Assembly: GCA_049322955.1 (NCBI GenBank)
Contig: JBMOPU010000012.1
Span: 617,517 to 681,516 of the forward strand
Length of the DNA: 64,000 bases
Direction of reading: 5' to 3'
Origin: Patescibacteria group bacterium
Lineage (GTDB): Bacteria > Patescibacteriota > Microgenomatia > UBA10105 > UBA927
Positions 39,033 to 48,383 of the stretch are shown one piece after another (the first letter of the stretch is position 1; each line of letters starts with the position of its first letter). The notes beneath the pieces were generated by a model that saw nothing but the letters and a program-made list of their open reading frames with translations, did not search any database and was not told the origin of the DNA. The position numbers and the translations under genes were made by a program.

Positions 39033-39352
39033 TTTGAAGGAAACGAAAAAAACGATTGCGTAAGATCAACGGTGTTATCATCCAGAAACACTACGCCTTC
39101 TAACTGCAGTTTTCTGAGTTGTTCTTTGGGACCGCCGAACGCGTATCCGGGGGCAAGTTTGCCGTTGGTAAATACCACCCGATGGCACGGTGTTTTTTCG
39201 GCGTCAGGGTTGGCATGTAAAGCGTGTCCGACTCGCCGGGCGTCTTTGGTATTGAGCGCCTTTGCAAGTGCCCCGTACGTCGTTACATAGCCAGGGGGTA
39301 CGCACTCAACCAGCCGATATACCTGTTCAAAAAATGATGGTGCAGTTTTCAT
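39029..39352 (-). CDS. ogt: methylated-DNA--protein-cysteine methyltransferase (Ogt/MGMT, DNA-binding domain)
   Basis: PCHRVV active-site motif; start set at the internal ATG (39352) to avoid a 139-nt overlap with the upstream gene. Confidence 0.75.
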   Translation of the reverse strand: MKTAPSFFEQVYRLVECVPPGYVTTYGALAKALNTKDARRVGHALHANPDAEKTPCHRVVFTNGKLAPGYAFGGPKEQLRKLQLEGVVFLDDNTVDLTQSFFSFPSK

Positions 39353-40029
39353 ATCTCGGATGTTTGGTACGTCGTAAGAAGAAATGGCACAACACGACTT
39401 ATAAGTTGTTGTTTGACTGTTCGTCCCGCTTTGCCGGGAATTTCCAGGGTAAATGAACGGTTTGCGCGTCGCTCGTCGTACAACCACTTACTCAAAAATC
39501 CGGCAGTGCCGGCTGTTTTTTCAAATCCCAAAGATACATAGCCTTTTTCAACAAGTAAATTCAAATGTTCGTCGTCCACATCATCGACGCCGCTATACAG
39601 TCTGGCGTCGGTCTGTTGAACAAGCTCACGATAACGTTCAAGTTCGTTTATCGTCATTTGTTCACTGTCGTAAAGATAAAATCCGAGCGTGCGATCCGGA
39701 TCCTCATGCACGTCAACGCAAAGCGAAAATCGGTATTGGGAGACAAGCGACATAACAGAGAGTGCCTCAGGATCTTTTGATCCCCGCACAAACTGTCTAT
39801 TTATATCATTGCCGTAGCGGTTTTTGCGTTTTTTGACTTCGACGGCACTTGGGCTTACTTGCGGAATATAAAGAAACGATGGTAAGGAGGAAGCATACGT
39901 TCGTAGATAGTGTTCGAGCAACGCGCCCGATTCATATTCATCGCCGTGCATGCCCGAAAGCAACAACACACGGGGAGATTCTCCGGAAAGAATATAAGGA
40001 AGCCTCCCTTGGTGTAATTGGTTATCCAT
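39349..40029 (-). CDS. M14-family zinc carboxypeptidase / AstE-AspA-like deacylase
   Basis: SGMHGDE zinc-binding motif and DVHED; start set at the internal ATG (40029), since the longer ORF would overlap tRNA-Leu(TAA). Confidence 0.5.
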   Translation of the reverse strand: MDNQLHQGRLPYILSGESPRVLLLSGMHGDEYESGALLEHYLRTYASSLPSFLYIPQVSPSAVEVKKRKNRYGNDINRQFVRGSKDPEALSVMSLVSQYRFSLCVDVHEDPDRTLGFYLYDSEQMTINELERYRELVQQTDARLYSGVDDVDDEHLNLLVEKGYVSLGFEKTAGTAGFLSKWLYDERRANRSFTLEIPGKAGRTVKQQLISRVVPFLLTTYQTSEI

Positions 40030-40036
40030 TGGTAAG

Positions 40037-40123
40037 TGCCGAGGGCGGGGGTCGAACCCGCACGAAGGTTTTAACTTCACGGGCTCTTAAGGCCCGCGTG
40101 TCTGCCAATTCCACCACCTCGGC
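40037..40123 (-). tRNA. tRNA-Leu (anticodon TAA), long variable arm, no encoded CCA
   Basis: Manual fold: acceptor GCCGAGG/CCTCGGC, anticodon loop CTTAAGA, T-loop TTCGACC; a TATAAT box ~10 nt upstream on the minus strand. Confidence 0.8.
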
Positions 40124-40136
40124 GATCTTCCTATTA

Positions 40137-41153
40137 TTATAGCGTATTTTCGCCGCGCATAGCCGAAGGAAGCGTGGAAGCGCTCTTCGTAAGCTTGGCA
40201 ACGAAGAATCCTTCCATAAGCGATGAAGGGAAAACCCGTCCGGTACGGGCAACGGATGGATCGAACACCGTGCCGTCCCATTGTGATAACACGGGATCAA
40301 AAGTAAAGTGCGGTAATACGAGCGTATCGACGGTAACGACTCCTTTTTCCTTTTTGACAATCCAGTCGATGACGCTTTCGTTTTCTTCGGGGCTTAGCGT
40401 ACAGGTGGAGTACACGATAGTTCCTCCGGGTTTCGTGGCACTGATTGCCGAACGGAGCATCCATTTTTGGGCACGGGAAAGTTCCCGTACTTTTTTTACC
40501 GACCAGTCGGAAAAACTTTTCGGATCGTTTGCCTGAAACCGCCCTTCCATACTGCAGGGTACATCAACGAGCGTTTTGTCGAAATATTCGGGGTATTTCT
40601 GCCAGATAGCCCTGGCATCATCGTTGGTGACCCGAACAATAGTTGCCCCCTGAAGCGCAATATTTGCTTTTAGCCGATAGAGACGAACGTGACTTGCATC
40701 GTTTGCCAGGATCTCCCCCTTATTCTCCATGAGTGTCGCCATTTGGGTAGTCTTACTCCCCGGGGCGGCGGTGATGTCGAGCACTCTTTCACCCGGTTTC
40801 GGATCAAGAATAAGCGGCGGAAGCATACTCGAAAGACTTTGTACATAAATACAGCCTTCCTTATAGAGCCCGGTGTCGGTTAGTTCCCTCAGTGTTTTGT
40901 TTTCCAACACAAACGCGTTTTCCTGCCAATCGATAATGCTTATCATAAAGCCGAGCTTTCCGATTGTACGTAACGCATCGACGGTTTTTATCTTAAGGGT
41001 ATTTACCCGAAAGGTTGTTTTTCGATCATTGTTGAAAGCGGCCAAAACGCGGTGCAGGCGATCGTCCGGGACAATAGCGGAAAGTCGCTCAAGAAATTCT
41101 TTGGGAAGTGCGTTCGCAGGTGTAGCATCCATGGTTTGATTGTACCGCGCCAA
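40137..41153 (-). CDS. NOL1/NOP2/Sun-family RNA m5C methyltransferase (RsmB/RsmF-like)
   Basis: SAM-binding DITAAPGSKT, catalytic DVPCS and TC(T) motifs. Confidence 0.75.
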   Translation of the reverse strand: MARYNQTMDATPANALPKEFLERLSAIVPDDRLHRVLAAFNNDRKTTFRVNTLKIKTVDALRTIGKLGFMISIIDWQENAFVLENKTLRELTDTGLYKEGCIYVQSLSSMLPPLILDPKPGERVLDITAAPGSKTTQMATLMENKGEILANDASHVRLYRLKANIALQGATIVRVTNDDARAIWQKYPEYFDKTLVDVPCSMEGRFQANDPKSFSDWSVKKVRELSRAQKWMLRSAISATKPGGTIVYSTCTLSPEENESVIDWIVKKEKGVVTVDTLVLPHFTFDPVLSQWDGTVFDPSVARTGRVFPSSLMEGFFVAKLTKSASTLPSAMRGENTL

Positions 41154-41190
41154 TGCAGGCTATTTCTATGGTATAATTTTTGCTGTTGCC

Positions 41191-41272
41191 GCCCGGATGG
41201 CGAAACTGGTAGACGCGTACGCTTCAGGAGCGTATGCCGCAAGGCTTGGGAGTTCGAGTCTCCCTCTGGGCA
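41191..41272 (+). tRNA. tRNA-Leu (anticodon CAG), long variable arm, no encoded CCA
   Basis: Manual fold: acceptor GCCCGGA/TCTGGGC, anticodon loop TTCAGGA; a TATAAT box at 41172-41177. Confidence 0.8.
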
Positions 41273-41294
41273 CACGGTGTCTTGTTTTGAGTGA

Positions 41295-41336
41295 AGCGAA
41301 ATCCCGCTTGGCGGGACGAGTCCGCTTCTGGGCACA
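41295..41336 (+). other. degenerate tRNA-Leu 3'-half-like remnant (variable-arm-like hairpin + T-arm-like hairpin + CTTCTGGGCACA)
   Basis: GAGTCCGCTTCTGGGCACA matches 16/19 nt of the tRNA-Leu(CAG) 3' end GAGTCTCCCTCTGGGCACA ~60 nt upstream. Confidence 0.35.
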
Positions 41337-41369
41337 AAACAAAAAAATTGCTATAATGAGTATCTCGTT

Positions 41370-41451
41370 GCGGGTGTGGTGAAACTGGTAGACACGCAGT
41401 CTTGAGGAGGCTGTGCCGTAAGGCTTAGAGGTTCAAGTCCTCTCACCCGCA
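41370..41451 (+). tRNA. tRNA-Leu (anticodon GAG), long variable arm, no encoded CCA; its 3' end is overlapped by the integrase gene
   Basis: Manual fold: acceptor GCGGGTG/CACCCGC, anticodon loop TTGAGGA; TATAAT at 41352-41357. Confidence 0.8.
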
Positions 41452-42968
41452 CAAGAAGAGATAGCACCGTTATCAAAGGTGCAAATTGATTGATATAACG
41501 GGCTAATCTCGCGGTTCAATGTACCATTTTGACTCCAAGCTAGTCCTGAGGGGAAGATTGAACCCAAGAGTACTTTGATCTGGCTGATACTCGATCTTTT
41601 GTAGGCTTCTCCTAAATCTGCAAGTAAAGTCCTGATAAATGTTGTTACATCATCGATGTTGTATCTATCAATTGTTGCGTCGTTTTTTACAACCTGCGCT
41701 TTTACCATTCTGTCTTCAACTACAGAATTTTGCTCCTTAAATACCTCATCTGAATAGACACCTGCAAGGTTCTTTTCTACTAGGGTTTGCCTGAGTGCTT
41801 TCAGGGTCGCGATTTCTTGATCTGCCTGGCTTTTAATCTTCTGCAATCTTGCCAGACGAGTGTGATAAGTGCGATATAGAAAAGCGATAAATAGATCTAG
41901 ACATTCTTTCTTCGGGGTTACATCTTTGAGCGTCTCAATCACTGATCCTTCCAAGACATCTGCTTTGGCTGCAACTCCTTTGCAGATACCACCGCAACGA
42001 TAGTAGGCGTATCTAGCGTGTCTGCCTCTACTCCAACCACCAGTCATTCCTGTGCCACATTCTTTGCAACGGACGATCCTTCGCAGTGGAAAATCTGGGT
42101 TAGAGTGAACTCTCTTGGCTAGGGCAACTTTATTGGGATTTCTCCCGTCCAGAATCGCCTGTACTCGGTAAAACTGTTCCTCGGTAATCATTGGCACATG
42201 CTGAGCTTTGACTTCCTCACGATACGTTTTAGAAGTTAATAATCCTAGATAGAACTTATTCCTAAACAACACGTTTGCACGTTGTGCCCTAATCATAAAC
42301 TCTCTTTTTCCGTGATGTTCCCTAAGTCCCCAAGCGTTCATTAAATCTGCCATTTCTTGAAGGCTTTTACTACCAGTCGCCATCAAGTTCCAGGCTTTTT
42401 TCATCAAATCCCATGTTTTATCATCTTTAATGGCATAACCAGCTTGAACTGAGTAACCTAGTGGTACTTGGCCTGTGACAATCATTCCAGATAAGTATCT
42501 AGCCTTTAAGCCATTTCGCGATCGTTCACTGCGAATATCGTTATCAAGTTGTGCAAACCCGGCAAGAATAGTTTCTACAAGCTTTTCAGTAGGGCTATCT
42601 CCGGTAGGCTCAGTAGCCGAAATAATGGTGACACCGTTTTCAGTGAGCTTTTTTCTAATTGCTAAATAGTCGGCGGTAATACGAGAGACGCGATCAAGGC
42701 GATAAACAAATACGGCCTGTACCTTATGCTTTTGTTTTCGACAGAACTCTAAAAGCTGGATAAGAATTGGTCTTCCAATAATTGTCTTGGCTGAGCGACC
42801 TTCCTCTCTAAATACTTCCGTAATTTGGTAACCTCTTTTTTCTGCTTCTTTCCGACAAATTTCCTCTTGCGTATCCAGCGAGAAGTTATCTACCTGTTCT
42901 TCAGTCGAAACACGAAGATAAAGTACTGCTTTTTTACCGTCCGCATATATCACATTTGTTTTATTCAT
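41433..42968 (-). CDS. large serine recombinase (integrase)
   Basis: N-terminal resolvase domain (VLYLRVSTEEQ, catalytic Ser), recombinase domain, Cys-rich zinc-ribbon region; 511 aa; last 18 nt overlap tRNA-Leu(GAG). Confidence 0.8.
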   Translation of the reverse strand: MNKTNVIYADGKKAVLYLRVSTEEQVDNFSLDTQEEICRKEAEKRGYQITEVFREEGRSAKTIIGRPILIQLLEFCRKQKHKVQAVFVYRLDRVSRITADYLAIRKKLTENGVTIISATEPTGDSPTEKLVETILAGFAQLDNDIRSERSRNGLKARYLSGMIVTGQVPLGYSVQAGYAIKDDKTWDLMKKAWNLMATGSKSLQEMADLMNAWGLREHHGKREFMIRAQRANVLFRNKFYLGLLTSKTYREEVKAQHVPMITEEQFYRVQAILDGRNPNKVALAKRVHSNPDFPLRRIVRCKECGTGMTGGWSRGRHARYAYYRCGGICKGVAAKADVLEGSVIETLKDVTPKKECLDLFIAFLYRTYHTRLARLQKIKSQADQEIATLKALRQTLVEKNLAGVYSDEVFKEQNSVVEDRMVKAQVVKNDATIDRYNIDDVTTFIRTLLADLGEAYKRSSISQIKVLLGSIFPSGLAWSQNGTLNREISPLYQSICTFDNGAISSCAGERT

Positions 42969-43312
42969 TTTGCTCCTTTCTCATGTAGTAATTCTTGAAG
43001 TGTTAATCCATCAAATATGTTTCGCTCGTATTCATCCAGCCAAGACTCGGTTAGATATTCGACCTCTGTAATTATGTCGCTCAGTTCTGTTTCGGTGAAT
43101 TGATTTGCCAACGACCCCAAGGCATCCTTAGCAACCTTGATTCGCTTATCTGCTTGTTTTTGTTCTGGGAAGATTGCTTCAAGTGATTGGGAAATTGTTG
43201 GTGTTTGATTGTATTTGAAAGTCGATTGACCGACAGGTTGAAGATATGGCTGAACAATTTCCTGTCTGGTATATTGCTGTTGGATGTGTACTAATTCTAG
43301 GCTCATGGGCAT
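42965..43312 (-). CDS. hypothetical protein translationally coupled to the integrase (candidate recombination directionality/accessory factor)
   Basis: 4-nt overlap with the integrase start; 115 aa, acidic; no recognised domain. Confidence 0.3.
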   Translation of the reverse strand: MPMSLELVHIQQQYTRQEIVQPYLQPVGQSTFKYNQTPTISQSLEAIFPEQKQADKRIKVAKDALGSLANQFTETELSDIITEVEYLTESWLDEYERNIFDGLTLQELLHEKGAK

Positions 43313-43471
43313 GTATCAACTATAAATATATTTATAGTTTATATCATTATATTTATAGTGTCAAGCCAGATGTAGGGAGTATCCTTTTGCCAAAAACGAC
43401 CTCTAGGAGTATCATTCAAACAATATCAAAAACCATTAGTTCTTGATGTTAACTGCCCATCCTGGGTAGTT

Positions 43472-46081
43472 ATGTTGAAAAACAATATCATCCTCACAAC
43501 TATTTACAAAGAAATTCAATCTATTGGAGTATTTCTTGCCCCGTATTTCAACTCTATTTCAGTCACCTTAGTCAATTACAAACTATATCTAGTATTAGGT
43601 ATATCGGTAATCATAGTTATTTGGATAATCTACCACGCTGCTAGACTATATCTATCGTGGAAAGAAGCTACTAAACAATTCACATTATTTGAAGTATCTC
43701 CACCAACTTCTACAGAACAAAGCTCGTTTACCACCACCCAACTGTTCACATCAGTTCACGGATTACTACGCCAACGCTCATTGCTTCTCAGGCTATTTGA
43801 TGCAACTAAATCTTATTCTTTTGAGATTGTCTCTACCAAAGAAAAGGGTATCAGATACATCTTAAGAGTGGGATCGGATGACGCCCCGATTATCAAAAAG
43901 AATTTGATCTCGTATTTACCGGGCATACAAGTAAAAGAAACGGTCGAATATTTAGACGAAACCAGTGATCAGGGGCATGTTGTTGATATAAAACTCAATA
44001 ATCATTTTGCGTTTCCTCTCAAAAAGCAAGATAACCTGCCGGAGTACGATCCAATCGCCTATATCACGGGCACTATGACTAAATTAGGATCACATGAACT
44101 CGTGGCTGCTCAAATTATTGTCGCGCCAGTTAGTAGGTCTACTATAGAATTTGTTGCACGGTTACGATCACTCTTCTTAGGAAAGAAAGATGTTTTATCA
44201 GAACTTAAAGGTACAAGCCTTATAAACTCAATTGTGATATCCATCGTTCATTTTTGTTTACAAATTGTATTGTTTCCGCTCGGGCTACTTGTTTGGATTC
44301 TTACTGGTGGTCGAGAAGGGCCAATTCTATCTATTATGACGCTTGGCGCACAGCTACCCGATAGTACTTATAAAGATATAGTTGAAACCCAGATAAAACA
44401 AAAGATCGACCAGCAATTATTCACCGTTTCATTACGTTATCTCACTGTCTCAAGTAGCTATCAGGATAGAGTTAGAATCGAAAAAGGCTTTATTGCAGCC
44501 CTCAGTCCATTTACTAATGGCGGATATCAAAACCTGCGACCCAAAAGATATTTGAAAATTAAGTCAATCAATAAACTATTGTTATGGCTGTACAAACATC
44601 GCTTATTTAGCTTTGTTGGTAACTTAGTTCTATCAAGCTCAGAGTTGTCTGATTTGTATCACTTCCCATATACGAGTATTACCAAAACTGAAAACTTATC
44701 TAAGCTACACAGCAAAGAATTACCAGCTCCATTATCTTTAAAACAAAAGTCTGAACTCGACATATATTTTGCCAAAAACACTTATGGCGGCACAGATACA
44801 CCAATTGGATTAACCGAAGATGAACGTCGTCGCCATGTCTATATTATTGGCGCAACCGGCACTGGCAAGTCCACCATGCTTTTATCCATGATCAAACAAG
44901 ATGTAGATAACAACAAAGGTTTGGCTGTTATTGATCCGCATGGTGATTTAACAGATCAGATTGTTTCCGTCATTCCTAGAGATCGGATTAAAGATGTCGT
45001 GTATTTTAACCCAGACGATATTAGCTACCCCATGGGGATTAACTTACTTGAATTAACTCCAGGACTTCCAGAAGAGCAAGCCATCAGAGAAAAAGAATTT
45101 ATTGCCGAAAGCATAATTTCCGTATTTCAAAAGATTTACACGGATAAATACTCGGGGCCTCGCATGGAATACATACTCCGCAATACGATTCATACGGCTT
45201 TTACCGTACCCAATGCCACGCTGTTTACCATCTATAAACTCCTTATCAATACGAGTTATAGAAAATCGGTCACTAAAAACCTGACTGACGAAAACCTCAA
45301 AGACTTCTGGAAGTATGAGTTTGCCAAGGCTGGAGATTACCAGAAAGTCAAAATGATCTCACCGATCACTAACAAGATTGGACGCTTCCTATTTTCTCCC
45401 ACAGCCAAGCGAATACTCGAGCAAGGCAAGTCCACAATAAATTTTGACACAATTATGAATGAGGGAAAAATTCTGTTATGCAATCTCTCTAAAGGTAAAG
45501 TTGGTGAAGATAACTCAAGCGTCTTTGGTGTGCTTATTATGGCTAAGATACAACTTTCAGCCTTAAAACGAGCCAGGATAAAGCAGGAAGATCGCAAGGA
45601 CTTCTATTTATATGTAGATGAATTCCAAAACTTTGCCACTCCTGCCTTCGCCCAGATCCTCTCAGAAGCCAGAAAGTATCGACTCAATGCGATTCTGGCT
45701 CACCAGACCACTTCACAACTTGAAGAAACATCACTTGTAAATGTAACTTTGGCAAATACAGGTACAGTAATTTGCTTCAGAACCGCTAACCCTGAGGATG
45801 AACGGATGATCCTGCCACAGTTTCGACCATATATAGAGCAAGGTGAAATTGCCAGTTTGCCGTCATACCACTTCTATATGCGTCTTGGTGCACTTAATCC
45901 AGAAGAACCGTTCTCAGGCGTAACAATACCAGTAAAGATTGAATACAGTCAAAATAGGGTTGATGAGGTGATCGAGTCATCGAGGAAACTGTACGCTAAA
46001 AAGTACACTGGAGCAGTTGAAGCCATCAGCAAACCTAAAGAAAAGCAGGCATCTAAAAAGGTGTATTCAGCGCTTCCTTGA
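43472..46081 (+). CDS. type IV coupling protein-like P-loop ATPase (VirD4/TraG/TraD family) with N-terminal TM helices
   Basis: Two N-terminal TM helices; Walker A GATGTGKST; IDPHGDL...VYFNPDDISYPMGINLLE (IDPKGE / FNPxD..NPL pattern of T4CPs); Walker B LYVDEFQNF; LAHQTTSQL. Confidence 0.55.
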   Translation: MLKNNIILTTIYKEIQSIGVFLAPYFNSISVTLVNYKLYLVLGISVIIVIWIIYHAARLYLSWKEATKQFTLFEVSPPTSTEQSSFTTTQLFTSVHGLLRQRSLLLRLFDATKSYSFEIVSTKEKGIRYILRVGSDDAPIIKKNLISYLPGIQVKETVEYLDETSDQGHVVDIKLNNHFAFPLKKQDNLPEYDPIAYITGTMTKLGSHELVAAQIIVAPVSRSTIEFVARLRSLFLGKKDVLSELKGTSLINSIVISIVHFCLQIVLFPLGLLVWILTGGREGPILSIMTLGAQLPDSTYKDIVETQIKQKIDQQLFTVSLRYLTVSSSYQDRVRIEKGFIAALSPFTNGGYQNLRPKRYLKIKSINKLLLWLYKHRLFSFVGNLVLSSSELSDLYHFPYTSITKTENLSKLHSKELPAPLSLKQKSELDIYFAKNTYGGTDTPIGLTEDERRRHVYIIGATGTGKSTMLLSMIKQDVDNNKGLAVIDPHGDLTDQIVSVIPRDRIKDVVYFNPDDISYPMGINLLELTPGLPEEQAIREKEFIAESIISVFQKIYTDKYSGPRMEYILRNTIHTAFTVPNATLFTIYKLLINTSYRKSVTKNLTDENLKDFWKYEFAKAGDYQKVKMISPITNKIGRFLFSPTAKRILEQGKSTINFDTIMNEGKILLCNLSKGKVGEDNSSVFGVLIMAKIQLSALKRARIKQEDRKDFYLYVDEFQNFATPAFAQILSEARKYRLNAILAHQTTSQLEETSLVNVTLANTGTVICFRTANPEDERMILPQFRPYIEQGEIASLPSYHFYMRLGALNPEEPFSGVTIPVKIEYSQNRVDEVIESSRKLYAKKYTGAVEAISKPKEKQASKKVYSALP

Positions 46082-46181
46082 TTTCCTACCGGTAGGTAAT
46101 GGATATATTTGATTTAGGTTGATAGTACGGTATTTTATATTTTCTTTTTACCCTCTTATTCCTTATATATAAGGGAGAGGA

Positions 46182-46991
46182 ATGATACAATCATTCCAAG
46201 CTGCCCAAAACATAACTATGGACAGTCCTAAACTACCGCAAGCACAATTAGATATTCTTCATTATCTCTATAGATTCCGATTCTTAACCAGTCTTCAACT
46301 TCAAAAACTTCTCAAACACTCAAACATTCGCTTAACTAACTACCATCTCAAAAACCTGATTACTCAAAACTACATAGGTAAACATTATTCGCGTTCCCTA
46401 GGACTCACCAATCAACCAGCCGTCTACTATCTTTCATCTGGAAGTATTAAATTACTATCAGATCACATCGACTTTGATAAACGAGCTCTCAAACGGATTT
46501 ATCGAGAGAAGATACGATCGCAACAATTTATTACTCATGCTTCATTTCTTGCGGATTATTTTCTATTCCTTAGATCCGAGTCCGAAAAATCAGGTCATAC
46601 AATTCATTTCTTTACTAAAACCGACTTACTCGCTCATCCATACCTACTACACCCTTTACCGGATGCGTATTTTGCCAGAGTTGATAAAGCAGGGAAAACA
46701 AAACGATATTTTGTCGAAGTAGTCGAGGACAGTTCTCCTCGTTTTGCCCTGCGAAAAAGAGTCGAACAATACTGTGACTACATTGATGACGGCAAGTTCA
46801 CGGAAGCGACTGGCCATGATTTTCCAGTCTTGCTATTTATCTGCCCCGGGCGTGCAAGTCTTATCTACCTTAAGAAACATATTGCGCGTATCTATGAAGA
46901 AACATCGCTTGACCAAATTGAGATTTACATTGCCACAAAAGAGAGTGCCTTCGCTGGTAATTGGGAAATGATTGAGGTTGAAGATGAGTAA
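46182..46991 (+). CDS. replication-relaxation (Replic_Relax)-family-like protein with N-terminal wHTH
   Basis: N-terminal LDILHYLYRFRFLTSLQLQKLL wHTH-like segment; size and context next to the T4CP. Confidence 0.4.
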   Translation: MIQSFQAAQNITMDSPKLPQAQLDILHYLYRFRFLTSLQLQKLLKHSNIRLTNYHLKNLITQNYIGKHYSRSLGLTNQPAVYYLSSGSIKLLSDHIDFDKRALKRIYREKIRSQQFITHASFLADYFLFLRSESEKSGHTIHFFTKTDLLAHPYLLHPLPDAYFARVDKAGKTKRYFVEVVEDSSPRFALRKRVEQYCDYIDDGKFTEATGHDFPVLLFICPGRASLIYLKKHIARIYEETSLDQIEIYIATKESAFAGNWEMIEVEDE

Positions 46992-47008
46992 AGTTATATA
47001 ATGTATAT

Positions 47009-47611
47009 ATGTTACCAGAAGGTTTTGAATTAAGAACCCAATTTCCTCCAGGAGAACAGGTGAAAGTCACTCCGGCAATTCGCGAGATAAGTGAGCGATT
47101 TCGTGGACTACATTATCCGAATGCTTTTCGCGATATTCATGACTATATTTTTGATCGCATAAAAATACTCCCATATGACGAGTCTGTAGTTGCTTATGAG
47201 AAAAAACGGAGATGGAAATTAACGGCAGATGATATTTTAAGAGTAGGTACAGTTGTCGATACTAAATACTGCAATGACATGGTTAGTCTGTTTTTAGCAA
47301 TTTCTCGAGGCATAGGTTTCGATGCCAAGGTTGCGAAAGTATTTAATCGAAATATTGCAGTTCATTCGTTAGCACTTGTTGACTCACCTCAACTTTCTGA
47401 TCAATATCTTATTAATGCTGGGTCAAAGGATAAATATTGGATTGAACCATTCCCAAGAGAACAAAAATTACAATTTGGGGCTCATTTACCTAATGATTGG
47501 ATTTTATGGAAAGCTGACGTAGATCAATGGGCAATGGGATTAAATGATTCTTCACAAGAAACAACGACAATTATGGCAGATGCCAGACAATTATTTGCTC
47601 CTAAGGCATGA
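47009..47611 (+). CDS. transglutaminase-like cysteine peptidase superfamily protein
   Basis: KYCNDMVSLFLAISRGIGFDAKV matches the TGase-core Cys motif (C..F/LF.A..R..GIPAR); downstream His (AVHSLA) and Asp. Confidence 0.5.
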   Translation: MLPEGFELRTQFPPGEQVKVTPAIREISERFRGLHYPNAFRDIHDYIFDRIKILPYDESVVAYEKKRRWKLTADDILRVGTVVDTKYCNDMVSLFLAISRGIGFDAKVAKVFNRNIAVHSLALVDSPQLSDQYLINAGSKDKYWIEPFPREQKLQFGAHLPNDWILWKADVDQWAMGLNDSSQETTTIMADARQLFAPKA

Positions 47612-48098
47612 AGAAGTAGTTATATTCATCATATTGAAAGTGTCCGGCTGGCTTATTGAGTAGCACATCAGCCAGATCCCAAGCAGTCATATTCTCAGAA
47701 ATCCGATATTCAGCATTTTGGTCTATTGTTCCGCTTGAACCGACCTTTATAGCTTTATCGTTTGGTGTTGTATCTTTGGTGTGTTCTAGTGCATGCATAA
47801 AAGCTTTTTCGTCTCTAATAAATCCATAATGAACAAGATTCCCAGTCAATCCTTGTAACGTAACGTTAGTGTTTAATCGTAAATCAACCGTTCCATCAAC
47901 TCCTGGCTTCTTCCTGATTGTATTGGCTTCCTCGGAAGACATATGCAGCCGTTCAATAAAATAATCCTCGACTTTCTTGGGTGATTCCCAATCCCTGCCT
48001 GGCGCTTTGAAATTTTCCTCGTTTGGTTTTGAGAAATACCAATATGCACTTATAGCCAACAATAAAAGCACGATCAACAGACCTACTTTCTTGATCAT
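47601..48098 (-). CDS. secreted/membrane-anchored hypothetical protein
   Basis: N-terminal TM/signal (VGLLIVLLLLAISAYWYF). Confidence 0.4.
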   Translation of the reverse strand: MIKKVGLLIVLLLLAISAYWYFSKPNEENFKAPGRDWESPKKVEDYFIERLHMSSEEANTIRKKPGVDGTVDLRLNTNVTLQGLTGNLVHYGFIRDEKAFMHALEHTKDTTPNDKAIKVGSSGTIDQNAEYRISENMTAWDLADVLLNKPAGHFQYDEYNYFFMP

Positions 48099-48121
48099 TC
48101 CATTATTATAACCCTTTTAAG

Positions 48122-48325
48122 CTAGTAGTCGCTTAAACGCCTACCTAAAACATAAGCAATTTCTTTTCGGCCTTCCTGCGTTTGTCTTAACTCATTAAAT
48201 AGTCGTGTTCCCTTATCGCTTAAGAGTGGGACAAACTCTGGTAAGTCGTTAAGCGGGACTTTTCGAAACTCCTGCAATCGTAAATCTACTGTGTAACCTT
48301 TAAAAACTGGTAATCTTCTGATCAT
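48122..48325 (-). CDS. small hypothetical protein (MIRRLPVFKGYTVDLRLQEFRK...)
   Basis: Internal start chosen to avoid overlap with DUF2958 and a GC-rich palindrome; 67 aa. Confidence 0.3.
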   Translation of the reverse strand: MIRRLPVFKGYTVDLRLQEFRKVPLNDLPEFVPLLSDKGTRLFNELRQTQEGRKEIAYVLGRRLSDY

Positions 48326-48383
48326 ATATTTTCCTTTCTTGGATACCCATCCGCGGGGTTGGGGCCCCGCGGTGGATAAAACT

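Noticed and set aside
39349-40080. Full-length ORF starts for Ogt (39487) and the M14 gene (40080)
   Set aside because: They would create a 139-nt gene-gene overlap and an overlap with tRNA-Leu(TAA). Internal ATGs at 39352 and 40029 remove both conflicts and preserve the conserved domains.
41295-41336. Functional third tRNA-Leu between the two tRNA-Leu genes
   Set aside because: Only the 3' half (variable-arm-like, T-arm-like, acceptor 3') is recognisable; no 5' acceptor, D-arm or anticodon arm.
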